Assembly: GCA_963806555.1 (NCBI GenBank) | Contig: CAWDYR010000011.1 | Location: 2,424 to 66,423 of the forward strand | Direction: 5' to 3' | DNA: 64,000 nt | Source: an uncultured Bacteroidales bacterium | Lineage (GTDB): Bacteria > Bacteroidota > Bacteroidia > Bacteroidales > VadinHA17 | Shown: positions 49,501 to 60,933 of the stretch, in pieces | Position numbering within the stretch: position 1 is the first letter of the stretch | Layout: each line of letters starts with the position of its first letter | The notes under the pieces: model-generated | Database searches by the model: none | Told to the model about the DNA's origin: nothing | What the model saw: the letters and a program-made list of their open reading frames with translations, nothing else | Program-made: the position numbers and the translations under genes

Positions 49501-52322
49501 TAAAGGATGAAATAAAAGTTCTTGGCGCCAGGGTCAATAACCTTCAAAATATTGATGTAACAATTCCGCGCAACAAGCTGGTGGTAATCACCGGACTTAG
49601 CGGAAGCGGGAAATCATCGCTTGCCTTCGATACAATCTATGCCGAAGGACAGCGCCGTTATATGGAAACTCTTTCGGCTTATGCACGCCAGTTTCTGGGC
49701 GGGATGGAGAGACCTGATGTGGATAAGATAACCGGTTTGAGCCCCGTAATTTCAATAGAACAAAAGACCACAAACAAGAATCCGCGATCAACAGTCGGAA
49801 CCATTACCGAGATATATGATTTCCTGAGGCTGTTGTATGCACGGGCTGCTGATGCATATTCCTGGGCATCAGGCGAAAAGATGGTAAAATACACTGATGA
49901 TCAGATTCTTGAACTGGTAAAAGAGCCGCTTTGCCGGTAAAAAGGTGTATTTTCTGGCTCCTGTTATCAAGGGCAGAAAAGGACATTACAAGGAATTGTT
50001 CGAACAGCTCAGGAGGAAGGGATTCCTTCATGTCAGGATCAATGGTGAGATCAGGGAGCTTGTTCACGGACTGAAAGCTTGACAGGTACAAAACACATTT
50101 TATTGAACTTGTTAGTTGATAAGTTCAGGGTGGGTGATATCACCGACAAGAGGCTTCATGATTCTGTCCTTCTGGCACTCGACCAGGGCGATGGGGTTAT
50201 GATGGTCCTCGACACTGAAAGCAGTGAACCCCGTTATTTCAGCCGTCATCTCATGTGCCCGGTTACCGGAATTTCATACAATGAACCTGCCCCCCATACA
50301 TTTTCATTCAATTCACCGCAGGGTGCATGTCCTCATTGCAACGGTCTTGGCGAGATTTCAAGCATTGACATTAAGAAGCTTATCCCCGATCCCGGCCTCA
50401 GCATCAGGAAAGGGGGAATAGAACCTCTGGGAAAATACAAGAATGTCTGGATCTTCTGGCAGATAGAAGCAATTGCTGAGAAAAACGGATTTACACTTGA
50501 TACTCCGATAAGTGATATACCCGAAGAAGCGCTCAATAAAGTGCTCTACGGGTCGGATGAAGTTCTCAAATTGTCGAATACGCCTCTTGGAATGACATCA
50601 AACTATTTTCTGACATTTGAAGGGGTTGTGAATTTTGTGGGGAATATTGAAGTCATTAACGGTAAGAAAAACGGAACAAGGATCAGGGATCAATATGTAC
50701 AGTATGATGTGTGTCCTGAGTGCAACGGAACAAGATTGAAGAAGGAAGCTCTCTATTTCAGGATCGCCGATAGGAATATCGGAGAGCTGGCTGCAATGGA
50801 TATCAGGGAGCTTACATCATTCCTGAGTAATATCGAGGAAAAAATGACAGCAAAACAAAAGCTTATTGCGTCCGAGATATTAAAGGAAATAAGGGCAAGA
50901 CTTGGTTTTCTCCTTGAAGTCGGACTGGAATATCTTTCGCTTAACAGGGGAGCAAGAACGCTCTCGGGCGGTGAAAGCCAGAGGATAAGACTTGCTACCC
51001 AGATCGGATCGAGGCTGGTCAATGTTCTCTATATCCTTGATGAACCAAGTATCGGGTTGCACCAGAGAGATAACAGACGGCTTATTGCAGCCCTGAAGCA
51101 GCTTCGCGATTCGGGCAATTCAGTCATAGTTGTGGAACACGACAGGGAGATGATCATCTCAGCCGATCATATTATCGATATGGGACCCGGAGCCGGCCGG
51201 CACGGAGGCCAGGTAGTAGCCTGGGGCACTCCTGATCAGATCCGATCGTTCAGTACCCTTACCTCAAGCTATCTCAACAACAGCAAAAAGTTCAATATCC
51301 CCGAGGTAAGAAGGAAGGGAAATGGTAAATACCTGGTAATGACCGGCGCATCAGGCCATAACCTGAACAATGTTGATGTAGTCCTGCCACTGGGAACATT
51401 CATATGTGTAACAGGTGTATCGGGAAGCGGTAAATCTTCTCTTATCAATCAGACACTTCATCCTGCCCTTGCCCGGAAATTTCACAATTCCGGAAAGACA
51501 CCACTGCCTTTCAGGGATATATCCGGACTTGAAAACCTTGATAAGGTCATTGAGGTCAACCAGTCGCCGATCGGAAGAACGCCGCGTTCAAATCCTGCAA
51601 CATATACAGGCGTATTTACGGATATCAGAAAGCTTTTTGAGCAGACTACAGAAGCGAAGATCAGGGGATTTACCACCGGGAGGTTCTCGTTTAATGTTAA
51701 AGGAGGACGCTGTGAAGGATGTGAAGGTGCCGGGGTTAAAACTATCGAAATGAATTTCCTTCCCGATGTATATGTTCATTGTACAGAGTGCAACGGCAAA
51801 AGATACAACCGCGAAACACTTGAGGTGAAATACAAAGGCAAGTCAATAAGCGATGTTCTGGAGATGACTGTAAATAATGCAGTTGACTTCTTTGCCAATG
51901 TTCCCTCAATCTATCACAAGATAAAAACAATCCAGGATGTGGGTCTTGGGTACATAAAGCTCGGACAGCAATCGACAACCCTTTCAGGCGGAGAGGCCCA
52001 GCGTGTCAAGCTGGCAACCGAGCTGGCGCGCCGCGACACCGGAAAAACACTTTATATCCTCGATGAGCCTACAACAGGCCTTCATTTTGAGGATGTCAGG
52101 GTGTTGCTTGAAGTACTGAATAAACTGGTCGACAGAGGGAATACTGTTATCGTTATAGAACATAATATGGATGTTATCAAGATGGCTGATTATATTATTG
52201 ATCTTGGCAGGGAAGGCGGCAATGAAGGAGGAGACGTTATCTTTTCAGGAACTCCTGAAAAACTTGTTGATTGCAGTGATAGTTATACTGGTTTATACCT
52301 TGGACCTGAACTTAAGGGTTAG
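49497..52322 (+). CDS. uvrA: Excinuclease ABC subunit A (three +1 frameshifts near 49927, 50077 and 50113)
   Basis: [41 protein letters not shown] and LSGGEAQR motifs. The middle segment APVIKGRKG...LDRYKTH lies in shifted frames. Confidence 0.95.
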
Positions 52323-52363
52323 AATTTATTATATTTGGTACCGTTAAGATTTAAAATAAAGTT

Positions 52364-53074
52364 ATGGAGAAACCTGCTGATCTTATAAAGGATGCATTTG
52401 AACAGAAGACATGGCAAGAGATCCATACAACGGATTCATGGCGCGTTTTCAAAATAATTTCAGAACTGGTCGAAGGATTTGAAAAACTATCCCGTATCGG
52501 ACCCTGTGTCTCCATTTTCGGCTCAGCCCGGACCCATTATAACGACAAATATTACAGGCTGGCAGAGGATATTGCATATAAGCTGGTTCAGAAAGGGTAC
52601 GGTGTAATCACAGGAGGCGGACCCGGGATTATGGAAGCTGCAAACCGCGGTGCAAAACGCGGCAACGGCAAATCGGTAGGGATCAACATAGACCTGCCTT
52701 TCGAGCAGAGACCAAACCTGTTCATCGACCCCGACAAACTGATTACTTTCGACCATTTCTTTGTAAGGAAAGTAATGTTCATGAAATATGCCCAGGGTTT
52801 TATTGTATTGCCGGGTGGATTCGGCACATTTGATGAACTTTTTGAATCAATTACCCTGATCCAGACCAGGAAGATCGGGAAATTTCCGATAATCCTTGTC
52901 GGGAAAAGTTACTGGGGCGGACTGCTTGAATGGATACGGAATGTAATGCTCGCTGAGGAACATAATATCTCGGCTGAAGATCTGAATATTTTCACACTCG
53001 TCGATACGTCAGATGAAGCTGTTGAAAACATTGTAAAGTTCTACTCACGGTATCTGCTAAGCCCGAACTTTTAA
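52364..53074 (+). CDS. LOG family protein (TIGR00730)
   Basis: IFGSAR, TGGGPGIMEAAN, FFVRK and PGGFGTFDE motifs. Confidence 0.92.
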   Translation: MEKPADLIKDAFEQKTWQEIHTTDSWRVFKIISELVEGFEKLSRIGPCVSIFGSARTHYNDKYYRLAEDIAYKLVQKGYGVITGGGPGIMEAANRGAKRGNGKSVGINIDLPFEQRPNLFIDPDKLITFDHFFVRKVMFMKYAQGFIVLPGGFGTFDELFESITLIQTRKIGKFPIILVGKSYWGGLLEWIRNVMLAEEHNISAEDLNIFTLVDTSDEAVENIVKFYSRYLLSPNF

Positions 53075-53078
53075 TTTA

Positions 53079-53546
53079 CTACTTCTTTCTGGAACGGTCC
53101 ATTTCACGTTCTGAATCCTTGCGTTTAAGGGTTTCACGCTTATCGTACTCTTTTTTCCCTCTCGAAACTGCAATTTCAGCTTTTGCAAGCCCCCTGTCGT
53201 TGATAAACACTTTTATCACAATAATTGTCAATCCCGCCTCCTTCACTTTCCTTTCAATCTTCCTCAGTTCCCGGGCTGTGAGAAGGAGTTTTCGTTCACG
53301 TAACGGATCATGATTATTAAGGTTACCCCACCAGTATTCCGCAATGTGCATTCCTTTAATATACAGCTCGTCATCCCTGAAAACACAAAAGGAATCGGTG
53401 AGGGTTGCCTTTCCAGCCCTGATCGACTTTATTTCAGTTCCGGTCAGCTTTATGCCAGCTATATATTTATCAAGGAACTCATAGTCGTGGGAGGCCTTTT
53501 TGTTTCTGATGACTATATCTGAAACCGCTGCCTTCATATTTTTCAT
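53079..53546 (-). CDS. smpB: SsrA-binding protein
   Basis: NKKASHDY, AGIKLTGTEIKSIR, RKLLL and GKKEYDKR motifs. Confidence 0.97.
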   Translation of the reverse strand: MKNMKAAVSDIVIRNKKASHDYEFLDKYIAGIKLTGTEIKSIRAGKATLTDSFCVFRDDELYIKGMHIAEYWWGNLNNHDPLRERKLLLTARELRKIERKVKEAGLTIIVIKVFINDRGLAKAEIAVSRGKKEYDKRETLKRKDSEREMDRSRKK

Positions 53547-54131
53547 CTAGGCAAAGAAGGTAAAGTACAACTTTTCAATTATGATTGTTAACAGCCAGTT
53601 TACGGCAAAAAACAGTGCAATAAATGAAACAGTTGCAGCAATAATCATCGGCATTTTCTTATGCTCCGGGGGGTTTATCATCTTCTCAATGCCGTTCCAG
53701 AAAATATAAAGACCATATAGGGCCAGGACGTTTACAAAGATGAATGATTCAATAAGGCGGCTTATGATCTGGCATATAAGAAACGGGGCTATTGAATATG
53801 TTATGATCCTGAAGGAGAGTGCAAAGTCACCTTTCAGATCGAGGGCTATTAAGATTTCTTTAAAAATAAAACTTGTGCCATAGACGACAAAAAACATAAG
53901 CAGGAAATATTTAATGCCAACCAGAATGGCATACCAGTGTGAAAATCCGGTGTGGGTAAACAGCAACGACCCGAAGAATGCTGAAAAGGCCACCAGAATT
54001 ATCAAAGGAAGGAAGAAGCTGCCTCTGACAAATTTTATCGGCTTGTTCTCTGAATAAATTGCTTCCCAGGCTCTCACAGGATTAAGAATAATATTGGTTA
54101 TCCTGTAGTATAAAAACTTGAAATCCATCAT
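53547..54131 (-). CDS. Yip1 family membrane protein
   Basis: ILNPVRAWEAI start, five TM helices, YS.AP and LYGLYIFWNGI. Confidence 0.78.
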   Translation of the reverse strand: MMDFKFLYYRITNIILNPVRAWEAIYSENKPIKFVRGSFFLPLIILVAFSAFFGSLLFTHTGFSHWYAILVGIKYFLLMFFVVYGTSFIFKEILIALDLKGDFALSFRIITYSIAPFLICQIISRLIESFIFVNVLALYGLYIFWNGIEKMINPPEHKKMPMIIAATVSFIALFFAVNWLLTIIIEKLYFTFFA

Positions 54132-54196
54132 TACCAGGTTTGGAGTCCCAAAATTAAATAAATTTATCTTAACTTGCCTTAATTGACCTGATTGTT

Positions 54197-55159
54197 GTGA
54201 AAATGATTGTTAAAAGTACATCAAACTTTGATTTACTGATTGTTACAGGACCAACAGCTTCAGGTAAGACATCCCTTGCAGTTTCATTGGCCGACAGGCT
54301 GAACGGAGAAATTATAAGCGCTGATTCGCGCCAGGTGTACCGACAGATGAATCTGGGGACAGGGAAGGATTACAGCGATTATACAATTAACGGCAAGACA
54401 ATCCCATCCCATCTGCTCGATATTGTTGATCCGGGCTATAAATACAATGTATTTGAATATCAACGTGATTTTATAAAGATCTACAATGATCTTAAAGCAC
54501 GGAAAAGATTCCCGGTAGTTTGCGGTGGTTCAGGTATGTATATCGACAGTATCGTAAGCGGGTATAAAATGTTTGAAGTACCGCCCGATCCCCGATTGAG
54601 GTCATCCCTTGAGAAAAAAAGCATTAAAGAGCTTACTGATATTCTTTCAACCTACAGGGAATTACATAATACAACTGATATTGATACGAAAAAAAGGGCA
54701 ATAAGGGCAATAGAGATTGAACTTTACAATAAGAACAGGCCGGAGAAAAAGACACCCTTTCCTGAGGTCAGACCGCTGGTGGTGGGGTTGATGTACGACA
54801 GGTTGAAAAGGCGTGAAAGGATCACCATACGGTTAAACCAGAGGCTGGAGGATGGAATGGTCGATGAGGTGAAGGAGCTGCTGGACAGAGGATTGAAACC
54901 AGCTGACCTTATCTATTACGGGCTTGAGTACAAGTACATTACACTATATCTGACAGGCAGGCTTACTTATGATGAAATGTTAGCTCAACTTGAGATTGCA
55001 ATCCACCAGTTTGCCAAACGCCAGATGACCTGGTTCAGGGGAATGGAACGGCGGGGGATAAAAATCCACTGGGTTGATGGGGGGATGCCTGCTGAGGAGA
55101 AAGTCAGATTTGTGCTGGAGCTACTTGGAAATCCATTAAGTGCAAACGCACCCAGATGA
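54197..55159 (+). CDS. miaA: tRNA dimethylallyltransferase
   Basis: GPTASGKT, ISADSRQVY, GTGKD, CGGSGMY and FAKRQMTWF motifs. Confidence 0.94.
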   Translation: MKMIVKSTSNFDLLIVTGPTASGKTSLAVSLADRLNGEIISADSRQVYRQMNLGTGKDYSDYTINGKTIPSHLLDIVDPGYKYNVFEYQRDFIKIYNDLKARKRFPVVCGGSGMYIDSIVSGYKMFEVPPDPRLRSSLEKKSIKELTDILSTYRELHNTTDIDTKKRAIRAIEIELYNKNRPEKKTPFPEVRPLVVGLMYDRLKRRERITIRLNQRLEDGMVDEVKELLDRGLKPADLIYYGLEYKYITLYLTGRLTYDEMLAQLEIAIHQFAKRQMTWFRGMERRGIKIHWVDGGMPAEEKVRFVLELLGNPLSANAPR

Positions 55160-55175
55160 GAAAGGGCTCTGCACT

Positions 55176-57233
55176 TTATTTCAGGTATGTATCAAGCCAC
55201 TCGAAGAACTCCCTCTGCCAGATCACCGAATTCTGTGGCTTTAAAACCCAGTGACCTTCATCTTCAAAGAAGAGGAATTTGCTCGGGATATTAAGAAGCT
55301 GTGCGGCCTGAAATGCCTCCATGCTTTGTGTAAACGGTATCCTGAAATCATTGGCTCCTGTAATTATAAGTATCGGTGTATCCCATTTGTCTACCATCAG
55401 GTGAGGTGAGAACTGGTAGCTCTTTGGAGCGTTCCAGTAAGGACCTTCGATATCTTTGTTCGGGAACCATAGCTCCTCGGTGGAGCCATACCAGCTTACA
55501 AAGTTGAAAGTTCCGCAATGTGAGATGAAAGTTTTAAACCTGCCTCCGTGGATACCGGCAAGATAAAAGACCGAATAGCCGCCATAGCTTGCCCCCACTG
55601 CGCCAATCCTGTTTGCATCAACATAAGGTTCTTTTGCCATGGCATCGGTAGCATCAAGATAGTCCTGCATATTTTTACCTCCCCAGTCTCCTGAAATCTG
55701 TTCTTTCCAGGCCTGCCCGAATCCGGAATTGCCCCTGCGGTTAGGACCGAATACGACATAGCCTTTAGCCGCCATCATCTGGAAATTCCAGCGGTACGAC
55801 CAAAACTGATCAAGCGACGATTGAGGTCCGCCGTTGCAGAAGAGAAGAGCCGGATATTTTTTCGCAGGGTCAAAATCAGGCGGGTACACAATCCACATCT
55901 GAAGGTCCATGTTGTCTTTGGTCCTGATATATTTTTCGGCTACCTTACCCATCTTTACCGACTCATAAATGACCTTGTTGATTGATGTTATCCGGGTAAC
56001 ATTTCCTGAAGTCATATCAATCGATGCTATTTCAGGAGCCATCGACATTGAAACGAGGCCTGAAACAAGTGTCCCCGAACTGAGACTGAGGGGTCCCAGA
56101 TTATGGACACCCTCCGTAACCTTAACAACTTTCTTTTCTGTTAAATTAATCCTGAACACCTGAGCGGTTCCAAGATGGGAGCAGGTGAAGAATATATTCT
56201 GTTCGTCAGCCCAGGTCTGGTTTTCGACATCGAACTCCCATCCTTTTGTAATCCAGGTATGGGTACCTTCTTTAATATCGTAAATAAAAAGACGGTCAAG
56301 ATCGGCTTCATAACCATTCCTTTCCATACTCCGGTATGCGATCTTTGAGCCATCGGGTGAAAAAACGGGATATTTATCATACCCAAAGTTACCCTCAGTG
56401 ATGTTTATCTCTTTTCCTGTCCGTATTTCATAGAGATATATATCGGAGTTCGTACTTCTTGCGTCCTCTATTCCGCTTAACCTCTTGGTGGTATATGCCA
56501 GGTACTTTCCATCCGGGCTCCATGCGATCTCACCGTCATCATAGTATGGAGCAGTGGGGGATTCGAATTTCTGATCCTGCATTATGTCTGTTTCTCCCGA
56601 CACCGATGATCCGCTGAATGTAGCAACAAATACATGGCTGTAGGAATAATCGCTCCACTGATTCCAGTGCCGGTACATAAGGTCGTTAATGATCCTGACG
56701 TTTGCTTTTTGCAGGTTATGTTTCTCACCGGCAGTCTGGTCAAGCTTTATCCTTTTTGTAAAAAAGATCCCGTTGCCCGCGGGAGAGATCCTGAAAGCTT
56801 CGAAGCCTGAAATCCCGTCCGTTTTTTTCTGACCGGTACCATCGGCATTCATTGTGAAGAGGTCTGACCCTCTGACAAAAGCAATCTTTTTACCCCCGTC
56901 AAACCATTGTGGTGAGTTTCCACCTTCAGTAGTCAGCTGAACCGGGTTGCCTCCCGAAGATGATACTTTGAAAATATTGGTTTCCCTGGCTTCACTCTGA
57001 AGATCCGTAAGGGTAACAGTATATAAAACTGCGGACCCGTCGGGTGACAGCGTAAAAATGCCGAGCCTTCCGAATTTCCACATTATTTCGGGAGTCATTA
57101 CACCTCCGGCTTTTTCTTCTTCTGAAAGCTGATTGGTTATTCCGGCTATAGAATTAACAACCGGCGCTTCCCGGGTGCATGATACAAACAACAGGATGAC
57201 CGGGATCATCGTCAGAAAACGGACTTTTTTCAT
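55176..57233 (-). CDS. S9 family peptidase (dipeptidyl peptidase 5-like lipoprotein)
   Basis: Lipobox FVSC, propeller repeats, GGPQ, GASYGG, NDFRI and EGHW catalytic motifs. Confidence 0.92.
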   Translation of the reverse strand: MKKVRFLTMIPVILLFVSCTREAPVVNSIAGITNQLSEEEKAGGVMTPEIMWKFGRLGIFTLSPDGSAVLYTVTLTDLQSEARETNIFKVSSSGGNPVQLTTEGGNSPQWFDGGKKIAFVRGSDLFTMNADGTGQKKTDGISGFEAFRISPAGNGIFFTKRIKLDQTAGEKHNLQKANVRIINDLMYRHWNQWSDYSYSHVFVATFSGSSVSGETDIMQDQKFESPTAPYYDDGEIAWSPDGKYLAYTTKRLSGIEDARSTNSDIYLYEIRTGKEINITEGNFGYDKYPVFSPDGSKIAYRSMERNGYEADLDRLFIYDIKEGTHTWITKGWEFDVENQTWADEQNIFFTCSHLGTAQVFRINLTEKKVVKVTEGVHNLGPLSLSSGTLVSGLVSMSMAPEIASIDMTSGNVTRITSINKVIYESVKMGKVAEKYIRTKDNMDLQMWIVYPPDFDPAKKYPALLFCNGGPQSSLDQFWSYRWNFQMMAAKGYVVFGPNRRGNSGFGQAWKEQISGDWGGKNMQDYLDATDAMAKEPYVDANRIGAVGASYGGYSVFYLAGIHGGRFKTFISHCGTFNFVSWYGSTEELWFPNKDIEGPYWNAPKSYQFSPHLMVDKWDTPILIITGANDFRIPFTQSMEAFQAAQLLNIPSKFLFFEDEGHWVLKPQNSVIWQREFFEWLDTYLK

Positions 57234-57255
57234 AGGGAAAAGTTGTGTGGTAATG

Positions 57256-58263
57256 TTATTTTTTCAGTGCTTCTGCGACCTTACCTTTCAATTCGTCATA
57301 GAGTTCGGGATTGTCTTTTATTATCTGTTTAACAGCATCACGGCCCTGACCCAGCTTTGTATCGCCATAGCTGAACCAGGATCCGCTCTTCTTGATTATT
57401 TCAAAGTCGACGCCAAGGTCAACAATTTCTCCAAGCTGCGATATTCCTTCGCCATAAAGTATATCAAAATCAGCCTTTCTGAATGGTGGTGCGAGCTTGT
57501 TCTTTACAATTTTCACCCTTGTACGGCTCCCGACTATCTCTTCCCCCTCTTTAAGCTGGCTTGTTTTGCGTATGTCAACTCTTACCGAGGCGTAAAATTT
57601 AAGGGCATTGCCTCCTGTAGTTGTTTCGGGATTACCGAACATAACACCTATTTTATCCCTGAGCTGATTGATAAATACACACGAGGTATTGGTTTTGCTG
57701 ATGTTTGCCGTAAGCTTCCGGAGCGCCTGCGACATCAGCCTTGCCTGAAGACCCATTTTTGAATCCCCCATCTCTCCCTCAATTTCTGCTTTAGGCGTAA
57801 GGGCGGCGACCGAGTCGATTACTACAATATCAAGGGCACCGGAACGTATAAGATTATCGGTGATTTCAAGGGCTTGTTCACCGTTATCAGGTTGCGAGAT
57901 GAGAAGATTCTCAACATCAACACCCAGTTTTTCAGCATAGTTTCTGTCAAAAGTATGCTCAGCATCAATTATTGCTGCGATGCCTCCGTTTTTTTGTGCC
58001 TCGGCTATTGCATGGATTGCCAGTGTGGTTTTTCCCGATGCTTCAGGTCCGTATATTTCGATAACCCTTCCCCTGGGAAATCCACCTATTCCAAGAGCCG
58101 CATCCAGACCGATTGATCCTGTTGAAATAACCTGGATGTTCTCAATTGCGTGGTCACCCAGTTTCATAATTGTTCCCTTGCCAAAATCCTTTTCAATTTT
58201 GCCCAGGGTAATTTCAAGCGCTTTAAGTTTCTCTTTGTTGATCTCTTTTCGTTCGTTGCTCAT
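57256..58263 (-). CDS. recA: Recombinase A
   Basis: [34 protein letters not shown] and GGNALKFY motifs. Confidence 0.98.
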   Translation of the reverse strand: MSNERKEINKEKLKALEITLGKIEKDFGKGTIMKLGDHAIENIQVISTGSIGLDAALGIGGFPRGRVIEIYGPEASGKTTLAIHAIAEAQKNGGIAAIIDAEHTFDRNYAEKLGVDVENLLISQPDNGEQALEITDNLIRSGALDIVVIDSVAALTPKAEIEGEMGDSKMGLQARLMSQALRKLTANISKTNTSCVFINQLRDKIGVMFGNPETTTGGNALKFYASVRVDIRKTSQLKEGEEIVGSRTRVKIVKNKLAPPFRKADFDILYGEGISQLGEIVDLGVDFEIIKKSGSWFSYGDTKLGQGRDAVKQIIKDNPELYDELKGKVAEALKK

Positions 58264-58273
58264 ATTGCTGGTT

Positions 58274-58738
58274 TTAATTTTGGTACAGTTTTAGGATCTG
58301 TTCTGTATGTTTTGCTGTCCTGACTTTTGAAATTATTTTTTCTATTACTCCATTCCCGTCAATTATGAAAGTCGTCCTCACTATCCCCAGGAAGCTCTTT
58401 CCAAATAATGTTTTCTGACGCCATACTCCATATTGATTCAGGATCTCTCCTGATGTATCTGCTATCAGCGGAAATGGAAGCGAATATTTTTCAGCAAAAT
58501 TCCTGTGAGATTTTTCGCTGTCCATACTGATGCCGATCACTTTAAATCCCTTTTTAAGCAATTCTCCATGGTTATCCCTTAGATTACAGGCTTCAGCAGT
58601 ACATGACGGCGTATTATCCTTTGGATAAAAAAACAGGACAACTTTTTTACCTGAAAAGTCGCTAAGACGGATTCTTTTTCCATCCTGATCGATCCCTTCA
58701 AATAGTGGGGCTTTCATACCTGCTTTTAGTTGAACCAT
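58274..58738 (-). CDS. bcp: Thioredoxin-dependent peroxiredoxin Bcp
   Basis: [15 protein letters not shown] and RTTFIID motifs. Confidence 0.93.
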   Translation of the reverse strand: MVQLKAGMKAPLFEGIDQDGKRIRLSDFSGKKVVLFFYPKDNTPSCTAEACNLRDNHGELLKKGFKVIGISMDSEKSHRNFAEKYSLPFPLIADTSGEILNQYGVWRQKTLFGKSFLGIVRTTFIIDGNGVIEKIISKVRTAKHTEQILKLYQN

Positions 58739-58915
58739 AAATTTTCGATTTTGTTATTATGGGTAAATTTACGAAGTTTGAGTCGTTTATAAATGCAGCC
58801 GGACATGAATTCTTATAAAGATAAAACAATTATTATCAACATAGAGCATTGCGTAACTAAAAAAATTATTTTTTAATAATCTGATAATAAGATAAATATA
58901 GAACCAGCCATCGTA

Positions 58916-60568
58916 ATGGGGACTAAAATCAAATACCGCTTTGTCAGGATTTTGTTAGTTTTAACTGCAAGCCTGACTTTTACTAATTTGTTCTCACAGG
59001 ATACTCAGGTCAGGCCATCGAGGCAGGCAGCACTAGACGCCTTCTCAAAGGGAGATTATGAAGTGGCTTACAGGGAATTCAGTATCCTGCTTGACAATTA
59101 CACGCATGACCCGTTGTACAAATATTACTCAGGAGTATGCCTGGTAAATCTGAGCCGGGAGCCGGGCAGGGCAATGACATTGCTTCAGGAGGGAGTAAGC
59201 AGTCCGCAGGAAATTAAATCTATCCCGGCCGATGCCTGGTTTTACCTCGGAAGGTCACAACAAATGTCAGGCAGGTTTGCTGAGGCAATAAAGTCATTTA
59301 ACCACTTTGCTTCAATATCGGGAAAAAGAACCGCCAGGAGCTTTAATGTGGAACAATTTTTACAGGAATGCAATGAAGGTAAGGGTCAGGTGAAAGAAGA
59401 GAGAAACGTGATGGCAGAGACGACTGGAACAAAGGCAGCTTCCGTTGCTGCTGAATCCCATCAGGCTATCGTTGAAAAGGCTGAAAAACAAGCGGTTAAC
59501 AAACCACAGGCCCAGAGAGAGGTCCTGCCTGAGAAATATGATAAAATGCTTGCCGAAGGAATGGGCTATCAGATCAAAGCTGATTCACTGAATGGTCTGG
59601 CTGCCGGATACAGGAAGGTTTACGGACAGCTTCCAGCTTCCCAAAGGGCTCCGTATAAAAAAAAGATCACGGAAACGGACTCTCTTGCAGCATTTTATCA
59701 GAAGCTGGCTGATCAGAAACTGGGTACCGGCAAACAGGAAACTAGTACGAACAGGGATATAATAGTACCGGAAACAACTTCCCGGCAGGTGAAGCCTGTT
59801 ACTCCAGTAGCCAGTCAAAAGGTGGGAATAGATCCGGGAAAGGCGCCTGTCTCGCAGAAAACGCAGGAAGTTTTCTACCTGTTTGAAGTGATAAAAGATG
59901 CAAAACTGATTCAGGAACAAAAGATAGAGATCGATCCGTCACTGCCGGCGGGCCTGATTTACAGGATACAGATGGGTGTGTTCAGTAAACCTGTGACCCC
60001 CTCTTTCTTCAAAGGCTTATCACCAGTCTCAGGCTTCAGAGTGCCCTCTTCAGGGATGATCAGATACTTTGCCGGTATGTTCAGAAAGTCGACGGATGCA
60101 AATAAAGCTCTTCAGGCAGTTAAACAGCTCGGATTCAAGGATTCTTTTATTGTTGTCATCTCGAACGGTTCCCCAGTTTCGCTTGACAGGGCCGCAGTTC
60201 TTGAAAAGGAATGGGGAAGCATACCATTGAAAAAAATTATAACAGAGAGTGGTGCAGGCACTTCAATCGATACCGGCCCACCGACACTCAGCTTCAGGGT
60301 AGAAGTGACAAGATCCGTGAAGCCATTAAAGGAGGAAGTTGCAGATACCTACAGGAAGCTGGCAGGGAACCGCGGCTATGAAATTTTGTCAACAGAAGAC
60401 GGGTCAACAGTATATCTGATTGGAAAATTTATTACCTTTGAAAGCGCATCTGAATATGCCGATCTGTTAAACCGGAATGGTTACCGTGAGGCTAAGGTAG
60501 TTGCATACCTGGGGAATAAAGAGATACCTGTTGAAACTGCAAAAGAGCTATTTGGTAAAGTAGAATGA
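58916..60568 (+). CDS. Exported TPR protein with two C-terminal SPOR-like domains
   Basis: Signal peptide, TPR helices (AWFYLGRSQQMSGRFAEAI), YRIQMGVF...GFKDSFIV and FRVEV...GYREAKVV. Confidence 0.7.
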   Translation: MGTKIKYRFVRILLVLTASLTFTNLFSQDTQVRPSRQAALDAFSKGDYEVAYREFSILLDNYTHDPLYKYYSGVCLVNLSREPGRAMTLLQEGVSSPQEIKSIPADAWFYLGRSQQMSGRFAEAIKSFNHFASISGKRTARSFNVEQFLQECNEGKGQVKEERNVMAETTGTKAASVAAESHQAIVEKAEKQAVNKPQAQREVLPEKYDKMLAEGMGYQIKADSLNGLAAGYRKVYGQLPASQRAPYKKKITETDSLAAFYQKLADQKLGTGKQETSTNRDIIVPETTSRQVKPVTPVASQKVGIDPGKAPVSQKTQEVFYLFEVIKDAKLIQEQKIEIDPSLPAGLIYRIQMGVFSKPVTPSFFKGLSPVSGFRVPSSGMIRYFAGMFRKSTDANKALQAVKQLGFKDSFIVVISNGSPVSLDRAAVLEKEWGSIPLKKIITESGAGTSIDTGPPTLSFRVEVTRSVKPLKEEVADTYRKLAGNRGYEILSTEDGSTVYLIGKFITFESASEYADLLNRNGYREAKVVAYLGNKEIPVETAKELFGKVE

Positions 60569-60840
60569 AGGAGAGAACATTACATAGGGACGACAAGCTA
60601 AAGAGCAACGTTGAAAAGTTTACCCTGATTCTTTACAATGATGAGGTAAATACTTTCGACCATGTGATAAAGTCGCTTGTTGAAATCTGCGGACATGATT
60701 CAACCCAGGCGGAACAATGTGCACTTATTGTACATCTCAAGGGAAGCTGCGATATAAAATCAGGCATAAAAGAGGTACTGCAGGTTATGAGCAGTTCTCT
60801 GAATGCAAAAGGACTTAATTCAAGAGTCGAAAGTCTGTAA
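60565..60840 (+). CDS. clpS: Clp protease adaptor ClpS
   Basis: LILYNDEVNTFDHV and QAEQCALIVHLKG motifs. Confidence 0.9.
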   Translation: MKERTLHRDDKLKSNVEKFTLILYNDEVNTFDHVIKSLVEICGHDSTQAEQCALIVHLKGSCDIKSGIKEVLQVMSSSLNAKGLNSRVESL

Positions 60841-60868
60841 AGCCTGTAAAATCCATAAAGCATAACAG

Positions 60869-60896
60869 AAAGGGTACTAATTTTAGTACCCTTTTT
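60869..60896. terminator. Intrinsic terminator between convergent genes
   Basis: AAAGGGTACTAA-TT-TTAGTACCCTTT followed by Ts. Confidence 0.85.
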
Positions 60897-60933
60897 ATTT
60901 TTTTGGCCACGCAATATTTCCTCCTGCAGAGAC

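Noticed and set aside
57133-57762. 209-aa ORF antisense to recA, and other shadow ORFs (e.g. 18405-18968, 10595-11104, 28907-29413)
   Set aside because: They overlap well-supported genes on the opposite strand and have no recognisable motifs.
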